This document shows positions 1 through 7,287 of a stretch of 33,753 nucleotides of DNA, piece after piece; positions within the stretch are counted from its first letter, which is position 1; the number at the start of each line of letters is the position of its first letter. The notes below the pieces were generated by a model that was given only the letters and a program-made list of their open reading frames with translations, was not told the DNA's origin and ran no database searches. The stretch lies in NCBI GenBank assembly GCA_039630545.1, contig JBCNUU010000011.1, forward strand, positions 1 to 33,753. The letters are read 5' to 3'. Source of the stretch: Endomicrobiia bacterium. GTDB taxonomy: Bacteria > Elusimicrobiota > Endomicrobiia > DTEH01. The position numbers were made by a program, and so were the translations under genes.

Positions 1-11
1 CTCATTTTTTA

Positions 12-33
12 ACTCAAAGTTACAACTTTGAGT
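12..33. repeat. Perfect 10-bp inverted repeat (ACTCAAAGTT-ac-AACTTTGAGT)
   Basis: Read directly. No U-tract follows on either strand, so it looks more like an operator or hairpin than a terminator. Confidence 0.55.
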
Positions 34-362
34 AGAAAAAATTTTGTTAGTGGATTTACAAAATTTACAAAGATTTACTTAGGTGTGTTTCTTTCAAAAC
101 TACATAAATGTTCAGAATTTTAGTATAAAAAATGTTAATTTTCATTACTTGTTAACATTAAAGTTGGTGTCCCAGGATTGATTAGGTATTGGTGCAAAAA
201 ACTTATTTCTGACAAAGCTGATATATTCTTTCTTCCTCAAAATTTATAAACAGACAATAGTGAAATAGTGAATTTGTGATTTTTTAAGTTTTTCAGGAAC
301 ACAAACCAAAGTTTGCAAAAGCAGTTTAAGTTTAAATTTTAATGAAATTTTTAGTTTAACTC

Positions 363-371
363 TGGTATTAT
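363..371 (+). promoter_or_regulatory. Possible extended -10 promoter element (TGgTATTAT) for the LPP20 operon
   Basis: TG-n-TATTAT about 55 nt upstream of the likely start. The -35 is weak and the AT-rich background makes chance matches likely. Confidence 0.3.
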
Positions 372-426
372 TTTATAAAGGGAATGGTAAAAAATAAAAT
401 TTATAAAAATGGGGGTGTTAAAAAAT

Positions 427-1065
427 ATGGGAAACAAGGTAAATAAAATAAAAGCTCTAACACTTTGTAGTTTGTTTATTATTTTTTCCTGTGGGCCAAA
501 GCGTATACCAGATGTTAAAAAAGAAGTTGCTTCTGATTATGTTGAAGCTACGCCGTTTCAGCAGTTAGAAGAAGAGGTTGAAGGTAAGATAATCACAGGT
601 ATAGGATTTTCAGAGAAACGTCAAAATTTAGCTTTAGCAAGGGAAGCTGCAATAACTTCTGCTGTGGCTGATCTTTCAAGAAAAGTAGAAACTAAAGTTG
701 AAGCTGTATGGAAGAGAACAATGGCTGACTGGGCTGAGTATATGAAAGATGGTATTACAGAAGGTATGTCCATTGAAGAGATGAAGAATATGGTTAAAAA
801 TATTGTTGATACTGAATTAAGAGGTCCATGGTTGATACAAGAAAAAATACAGAAGTCAACAGGTAGGTACTGGGTAAGAATTTTGCTTTCATCTGCTACT
901 GTTGAGAAATGGTTGAAACAACGTATGAATACTGAAGCGTTGTTAAGGAAATATATTGTTGAATCCCAAATTAAAAAAGTTCAGCAGGAATTGCAAAAGG
1001 ACCTTGAGGCCATAAGAGAACAAGAAAAAAAAGAAATTGAAAAGATAAAAGAAGTTATCAGATGA
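427..1065 (+). CDS. LPP20-family lipoprotein
   Basis: Basic N-terminus, hydrophobic stretch and lipobox (FIIFS-C). LPP20-type motif GIGFS..LALAREAAITSAVADLSRKVETKV. ATG 427 follows GGGGGTG; the ORF track start is 409. Confidence 0.7.
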   Translation: MGNKVNKIKALTLCSLFIIFSCGPKRIPDVKKEVASDYVEATPFQQLEEEVEGKIITGIGFSEKRQNLALAREAAITSAVADLSRKVETKVEAVWKRTMADWAEYMKDGITEGMSIEEMKNMVKNIVDTELRGPWLIQEKIQKSTGRYWVRILLSSATVEKWLKQRMNTEALLRKYIVESQIKKVQQELQKDLEAIREQEKKEIEKIKEVIR

Positions 1066-2678
1066 GAGAAAAATGCATTCTGTGGTTGGTGCTGATAATT
1101 AACTTTATTTTATCCAGTATGACAATTTTTTGTGAAGATTTATCTTCTGTTGGAAGTACATCTTCAGAAAAAAAAACCGTATCTTTAGAAGATGAACTTG
1201 ACAGAACGATAGAAGAATTAAAACAAAAACTTCAAATTGAAAAGGAAAAAAAAAGACAAAAAGATTTAAAAAAGCAGATCAGACATTTAGAACGGCAGCG
1301 TAAAATTCAGCAAAAAAACAGGTTTGAACTTTACCAGGAAGAAATAAAGTTGATAAAACAAAAACATGGTGTTGAACTTTATGTAGGCGAAGCTGTTGCA
1401 TATAAAAGTTATGGTGAAGATTTTGGTGAAACAATTGAAAAAGCAAAACAACGTGCAATAAGTAATCTTGCAGCAGGGATAAAAATAAAGGTGGAATCTG
1501 TTGTGAAAGACGAACTTAGTTTTGCAACAGGTAAAGGTGTGGATGAAAAATTTAATCGTGTGATAAAAACATATGTTGATGATTTGCTTACAAAACCACA
1601 GATTAAAATTTATGAACACTATCCTAAAAAAAATTCAGTTACTGCTGTTGCTTATGTTTCAAAACAGCACTATGATGAAGTACTTGAGCAGCGTTTAAAA
1701 TCACAGGTTAGCCGTATTATAGAGTTTATATCTAAAGGATTTCAGTTTCTTAAGTCGGGAATGATAATCCAAGCTTTGAAAAGCTTCAGTCAGGGATGGT
1801 TGTTGCTTGAAAAAGAATTTTATTATTTGCCTCTTCGTTTTGATGTTAACAATGATGGAGAGGAAGATGACCTTATTGCTTTAACCGAAAGCAAAATTTT
1901 TGAGATTGTCCAATGTATTAAAATTTTAGTCCCTGATGAAAAAATTTTTTTTACATCTTCTGGCGTTGTAGGAAAAAGTTTTACCTTAAAATCTGTATAT
2001 GTTTCAGTTGATAAAAATGAAATTCCTCTGGAAAATTTGCCAATAAGAGTAGTTGCTATTAAAGGCACAGTTGAACCTGCGGTAGTTCAGATTGTTACAA
2101 ACAGAATTGGTGAAGCTGAAGTAAAAATTGACAGGATATCACCTGATTATAAAGAAGTTAAGCTTTTTGCAGAGGTAGATCTGAAATCAATAGGTATTCC
2201 GGCGCAACTGGTTTTGCCTTCAGAAGGATGTACTATAACACTGTATAAAAAAAGCAAAGTTATTCTTGCGTGTAAAAATTCTTATTTAGATACACAAAAG
2301 CAGGATAATTTTTTTTGTTATAAACTTATTCCATTGTTGACAGAGTATGGATTTGAAGTAGAAGATTGGTGTGATAGAATAAGTGAAGTTACAAAAAAAG
2401 AATTAAATTTAGCAAAAACTGCAGGGGCCGATTATCTGCTGTTTGTGAAAGTGTATTCCACTGCTGACAAACTTGGAGAATATGAAATGTTCTACTCAAA
2501 TGTTAGTTTAACTTTAGAGATTTATTCTATAGATTATGGGTTAATTTCACAGGTTGATAATAATCTAAATGCAAAAGGTTATGGAGTTAGTGCTTCAGAT
2601 GCAGTTTACAACGCTAAAACAAACATCTTAGAGAAACTCTTTTTTGTACTTAAAGAAGAACTCAGTAAATTAAAGTAA
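1062..2678 (+). CDS. Exported protein with an LPP20/FlgT_N-like domain, an Ig-like middle and a C-terminal CsgG/FlgT-like domain
   Basis: Signal-peptide-like N-terminus, then a coiled coil. Motif VGEA...IEKAKQRAISNLAAGIKIKVES; C-terminal AGADYLLFVKV...VSLTLEIYSIDYG...AKGYG. ATGA overlap with the upstream stop. Confidence 0.55.
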   Translation: MREKCILWLVLIINFILSSMTIFCEDLSSVGSTSSEKKTVSLEDELDRTIEELKQKLQIEKEKKRQKDLKKQIRHLERQRKIQQKNRFELYQEEIKLIKQKHGVELYVGEAVAYKSYGEDFGETIEKAKQRAISNLAAGIKIKVESVVKDELSFATGKGVDEKFNRVIKTYVDDLLTKPQIKIYEHYPKKNSVTAVAYVSKQHYDEVLEQRLKSQVSRIIEFISKGFQFLKSGMIIQALKSFSQGWLLLEKEFYYLPLRFDVNNDGEEDDLIALTESKIFEIVQCIKILVPDEKIFFTSSGVVGKSFTLKSVYVSVDKNEIPLENLPIRVVAIKGTVEPAVVQIVTNRIGEAEVKIDRISPDYKEVKLFAEVDLKSIGIPAQLVLPSEGCTITLYKKSKVILACKNSYLDTQKQDNFFCYKLIPLLTEYGFEVEDWCDRISEVTKKELNLAKTAGADYLLFVKVYSTADKLGEYEMFYSNVSLTLEIYSIDYGLISQVDNNLNAKGYGVSASDAVYNAKTNILEKLFFVLKEELSKLK

Positions 2679-4766
2679 ATGAATCCCAGAAAAATTTATT
2701 TTATATCTAAAATTCTTTTACTTTCACTGGTCGTCCCGCTTATATTTTTACTTATGTTTTTTTATTACAAAACTTTTCCGTTGAAAATTTTACCTGAAGG
2801 TTTTGAAAAATATAATATTTCACCTGAAGAGTTTGCTGTTGTAATTTTGGCAAACGATGTCATAGAAAGACTTAGCAAAAAAAATTTACGGGGTTATGCT
2901 ATGTGTGCTGAGAATATAGAAGGTCCACAGACACTTCAGGAAATAGAAGGATTAGTAATTACATTTAATTCAGTCCTTGCAAAATATGACGGGTGGAGTC
3001 TTCTTGCAGATAAAAAGCAAACGGAGTTGTTAAAACAGCGAAAAAAACTTGATTTTGAGAGTAAAAAAGAACTTATTAAAGCCGGGTTAATAGACCCACA
3101 AAAATATGTTAATTTTCTTATAGCTTCTGATTTAATAAAAGTTAATTATGATATTATGTTAAAATGGAGATTTGCAACAGCTGACAGGATACTCTGTGAG
3201 CTTGTCTGTGAAATAATAAACAGAGCTACTATGGTAAAAGAAGTTGTTTCCTCTGTAGTGTTTACAAATCCTGCTGTTTACAAAAAGTATACCAGTGCAG
3301 TGAAATTTTTGACATATGCTTCTTATATAAGTTCAGGATATATATCTGTAATCCTGTTTTTTGTGTTTACTTCTGCGATGTATATAGAACTTAAAAAGAA
3401 AAGCCTCTTAAAAATTTTGCCTCTAAAAGAGGAAGAAATAAATAAATTGATAAAAAACGGTTCATACACATCTGCTTTAAAAACAATAGAGCAATTACTT
3501 AACTTTTTTCCTGAATCTTCATGGTTAATAGCATTAAAAGAGAGATTACTTATAGTGACGAAAAATGAGCCAAAAAAAGCAGAACAAGCATATGTAAGAT
3601 ATGTTAACTTAAAAACAAAACTAGCCCGGAATATAATTCTTTCAGATGAGGAGACACAACAATTAAAAAGTTTACCGGACCAACTTGCACTGCCAGAGAT
3701 TAATGAGTTAGTAGCAAAATATGAAAGATATATTAATGCTTTAAAACTTCGTCAACAGATTAATGCTGAAGTTCAATATATTAAAATGCTTACCGAGGCT
3801 GGAGAGTTATCTAAGGCAGAAACAGAGCTTGACTCATTATCAAAAGCTGAGATGTTAGAAGAATATAAAAATGTTGAATTACAGACAAAAAATGAGGATA
3901 AATTCCTTACAGTATTAAATGAAGACATCAAGAGTCTAAGGGTTAATATCAGGCAGAAATTGAAAACAAGTATGGAATGTTTAGAAAAAGCAAAAAATTT
4001 AATTTCTTATAAAGGAAGTATAACTGAAGCTGAAAATCTCCTGCGCAGTGCTTTAAAAAATAATATGGACCTTAAAGAAGCCAGGACAATATTAACAAAA
4101 ATAGAAAAGTCAAAAAAAGCTAAAAAACTTCATTTATTACCTGAAAAAGTCGGGAAACATATTTTAATATTTAAAAAAGATAGTATAACTTTTTTCAGGA
4201 AAGATAAAAAACTGCCTGATGTTGAGATTGAAGATCCAAGAGTAAGCAGAGATAGACATCTAAAAATTTGTATTCTTGAAAACAAAGTAATCGCGGAAGA
4301 TGAAGGTTCTACAAACGGAACATATTATAGAGGACAAAAAATAAATAGAGTTGAATTAGAAGATGGGGACATTCTTAATTTAGCTAATGTCTATGAAATA
4401 GTTATACACATCTATCGCAAAAGAAAATTTCTGCACAAGACACTCATAGATAGTAATAATCTTGAAGGATACAAACTTGGACAGCCAGCTAAAACTCAAC
4501 TTCAAAAAGTTTATGGAATATTCATTGAAACAAAAGACATAAACTGCATTGTTTTGCCACAGAGAGACACTTCAGAAGAGACATATTCAGAAGTTCCTGT
4601 GTCTTTTTCTTTGGCAGGAATTGGGTATGATGAGTCAAGTGATACATTTATATCAGTCCACGATAATGTAATAATATTCTCAACTTCTAAAGAAAGAAAA
4701 ATCCTCTGTTCAGATGAGACAATAGAATATAAAGGAGTAAGCTACAGAGTAACTGCTGATGTTTAA
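2679..4766 (+). CDS. Membrane protein with a C-terminal FHA domain
   Basis: Two hydrophobic segments (about aa 9-30 and 210-236), then a helical TPR-like region. FHA motifs ITFFRK..DVEIEDPRVSRDRH..EDEGSTNGTY..ELEDGDIL. Starts immediately after the upstream TAA. Confidence 0.8.
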   Translation: MNPRKIYFISKILLLSLVVPLIFLLMFFYYKTFPLKILPEGFEKYNISPEEFAVVILANDVIERLSKKNLRGYAMCAENIEGPQTLQEIEGLVITFNSVLAKYDGWSLLADKKQTELLKQRKKLDFESKKELIKAGLIDPQKYVNFLIASDLIKVNYDIMLKWRFATADRILCELVCEIINRATMVKEVVSSVVFTNPAVYKKYTSAVKFLTYASYISSGYISVILFFVFTSAMYIELKKKSLLKILPLKEEEINKLIKNGSYTSALKTIEQLLNFFPESSWLIALKERLLIVTKNEPKKAEQAYVRYVNLKTKLARNIILSDEETQQLKSLPDQLALPEINELVAKYERYINALKLRQQINAEVQYIKMLTEAGELSKAETELDSLSKAEMLEEYKNVELQTKNEDKFLTVLNEDIKSLRVNIRQKLKTSMECLEKAKNLISYKGSITEAENLLRSALKNNMDLKEARTILTKIEKSKKAKKLHLLPEKVGKHILIFKKDSITFFRKDKKLPDVEIEDPRVSRDRHLKICILENKVIAEDEGSTNGTYYRGQKINRVELEDGDILNLANVYEIVIHIYRKRKFLHKTLIDSNNLEGYKLGQPAKTQLQKVYGIFIETKDINCIVLPQRDTSEETYSEVPVSFSLAGIGYDESSDTFISVHDNVIIFSTSKERKILCSDETIEYKGVSYRVTADV

Positions 4767-4841
4767 GTTGTAAGATTTTAATTATTAGCCTTTGCAAAAA
4801 GTTAGATCAAGGAAAAATTTCTAATCTTAAATTAATAAAAT

Positions 4842-6323
4842 ATGATAGAAGTATCAACAATCTATAAACTTCTTCCAGAAAGTATGTTTTATCCTTGCAG
4901 TGAAGATGATGGCACACCGATTAAAAGATGCAAACATCTTTTTCCTTTATACATATATGTGGATTATTCTATACCTAAAGAAAAGTTAATAAATAGACTT
5001 AAATATCACAGGTTAGTATGTATAAAAGAGTTTACACCTGAAGAATTTTTTGGGAGAAGCTGGGATGTTATTATAAGTGAGTATAAAACATATATAGAAA
5101 AGCTACCTTTTGAGTTCAAAGACCCTTATATCTTAGGATGTGAATTTGAACACGAAATAAGTGGTGAGAAGATAATTACCGTTAGGATTAAATTTGAAGG
5201 TATAGCTATGCTTGAGGAGTTGTATATAAAAAGAGGTATTAAACCAAAAGGTTTAGCACATCTTAGATGCGGAGTAGGTTTCGGCGGGAATTACCACGAC
5301 TATGTCAGGATATTGAATGAGAAATTGTTAAACAATCCAGCAGGTTTACCTGAGTTTATACTATGTGATTCTCTTTGTTCTCCATTTCATGCTGATTACT
5401 TGCCTGTAATAAAGAAATACAAACCAATTAGAAGATGGCGTTACTTCAGACCAGCATATAATGAGCATGGGATAGATACACTTTACAGGATTAAACAAGT
5501 TAAAAGATATAGTTTAGTTGAATTATTAAAGATGGTGAATGTAAGTGGTAAAGACGATGGTAGAAAGTTTTTGGATCCGACGAGAAGGAATGTGATTATA
5601 GATATTTGCAAAGAAAATGAGCAGTTAGAGTTGTTGTATAAAGATGATTATGTTTTACTTTTTACAACAGGGATTACTTCTTCTGGTGATATTTTGCTAA
5701 TATCCTGTCATATAGACCATGTTTTTCGTCCTGGTGAACTATGTATAAGACAGGAAGGTGAGTGGGTAATAGGGACGCTTGACAATTCTGCGTGTATTGC
5801 ATGTTTGCTATATGCGTTACAGGAGTATAAGTTTCCACGGAATGTGATCATATCTTTTACTGGCGGCGAAGAAAACAAAAGAGGATGCTTAGGTGCAAAA
5901 ACTACTAGAGATTGCTTGGAGGACAAATTTGATGAAATTTACAGCAGGCTCGGTATAATACTAAATTTAGATATCACGCCGTACAACTTTGACAAAGATG
6001 TCTCGTTGGAAAATCTTAGTATAGAAAAAGAAAATTTTGAGAATGCAATCATACGGTTTAGTTCTGTAAAAGAATTTAAGAATAAGCTATTAACAATAAT
6101 GGAGAAAAACAATCTTACAGCTGGTGTAATTGTAAACTCTGAACCGGATGAAAGTCGTTATTATAAAAGATGGGACTTTAATACAGTATCGTTATGTTTA
6201 ACTTGTAAATGTCCAAGAAAAAATTGTCATTCACGAGAATGTAAGACAACATTAGACAAAATGGAAAAGTTTGCTAAAGCCATAAAAGCAATCGCTGATG
6301 AAATTTTTAAACAGGAGGTATAA
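4842..6323 (+). CDS. Fusion of an uncharacterised N-terminal domain and an M28/M20-type Zn-dependent hydrolase/peptidase
   Basis: C-terminal half carries SCHIDHV, GTLDNSAC, FTGGEE, NLDIT and a distal CH, the ligand pattern of clan MH metallopeptidases. Confidence 0.7.
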   Translation: MIEVSTIYKLLPESMFYPCSEDDGTPIKRCKHLFPLYIYVDYSIPKEKLINRLKYHRLVCIKEFTPEEFFGRSWDVIISEYKTYIEKLPFEFKDPYILGCEFEHEISGEKIITVRIKFEGIAMLEELYIKRGIKPKGLAHLRCGVGFGGNYHDYVRILNEKLLNNPAGLPEFILCDSLCSPFHADYLPVIKKYKPIRRWRYFRPAYNEHGIDTLYRIKQVKRYSLVELLKMVNVSGKDDGRKFLDPTRRNVIIDICKENEQLELLYKDDYVLLFTTGITSSGDILLISCHIDHVFRPGELCIRQEGEWVIGTLDNSACIACLLYALQEYKFPRNVIISFTGGEENKRGCLGAKTTRDCLEDKFDEIYSRLGIILNLDITPYNFDKDVSLENLSIEKENFENAIIRFSSVKEFKNKLLTIMEKNNLTAGVIVNSEPDESRYYKRWDFNTVSLCLTCKCPRKNCHSRECKTTLDKMEKFAKAIKAIADEIFKQEV

Positions 6324-6327
6324 AAAT

Positions 6328-7173
6328 ATGAAAAACTCAAATGAAGCACTGAAATATGTAGCCACTGCATTTGCTAATTATTCTAAAGGAAACTATGATG
6401 AGGCAATTTCGGAATGTACTAAAGCAATACAGGTAGATCCTGAGTTTTCAGATGCATATTCTCTTCGTGGGATTTGTTATTATAAAAAAGGTGAATATAA
6501 CAGAGCTATTAGTGATTACAACAAAGCAATAGAGTTAAACTCTGCTGATTCCTTAACCTATTATAATCGTGGAGTTGTTTATGAAAAAATAACTGAATAT
6601 GACAAAGCTATTAGTGACTATAGTAAAGCAATAGAATTAGATCCTGAAAACATAGAAGCTTACTATAATCGCGGAGTCATTTATTTATATAAAATGCAAT
6701 ATGACAAAGCTATTGATGACTTTACCAGGGCTATAGGGTTAAAACCTGACTATGCAAAAGCTTATCTCAATCGTGGTTATGCATATAACCAGAAAGAGGA
6801 ATATGATAAAGCTATTGATGATCTTAATAAAGCTATAGAAATTGTTCCTAACTATATAGAGGCTTACCACAACCGTGCAAATGCCTATCTTTACAAGCGA
6901 GAATATGATAAAGCTATTGCGGATTATAATAAAGTGATAGAAAATGAACCATGGAATGAAGAAGCCTATTACGGTCGTGGTATTGCTTATGAAAATAAGA
7001 AAGAGTATGATATGGCTATTGCCGATTTCAGTAAAATTATAGAAATGAATCCGATGTTTATAAAGGCTTACGAGCGACGTGGTGAAGTTTATGCTAAAAA
7101 AGGACAGCATGATAAAGCTAATGCTGATTTTAACAAAGCGAAAGAGATAAAAGAAAAACTTATAATGGGTTAA
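6328..7173 (+). CDS. Tetratricopeptide repeat protein (8 TPRs)
   Basis: Eight 34-aa repeats of the form AYYNRG..Y....EYDKAI.DY.KAIEL.P. SD AGGAGG at 6313-6318 supports ATG 6328 over 6298. Confidence 0.92.
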   Translation: MKNSNEALKYVATAFANYSKGNYDEAISECTKAIQVDPEFSDAYSLRGICYYKKGEYNRAISDYNKAIELNSADSLTYYNRGVVYEKITEYDKAISDYSKAIELDPENIEAYYNRGVIYLYKMQYDKAIDDFTRAIGLKPDYAKAYLNRGYAYNQKEEYDKAIDDLNKAIEIVPNYIEAYHNRANAYLYKREYDKAIADYNKVIENEPWNEEAYYGRGIAYENKKEYDMAIADFSKIIEMNPMFIKAYERRGEVYAKKGQHDKANADFNKAKEIKEKLIMG

Positions 7174-7287
7174 AAAAAACTTAAAAACAAAGTTTAATAA
7201 TAAATTATAATGATTTTAAAATAAAAAAGCAAAATTATTTCTGACTTTTTGTAGTATTAGCCATTAACTACTTTTTCTATAAGTTTT

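Noticed and set aside
6340..7140. 102-nt periodic repeats (e.g. GACAAAGCTATT)
   Set aside because: Fully explained by the TPR protein repeats.
7174..7287. Bidirectional terminator between the convergent TPR and SMC-like genes
   Set aside because: Only weak AT-rich pairing; no convincing GC stem.
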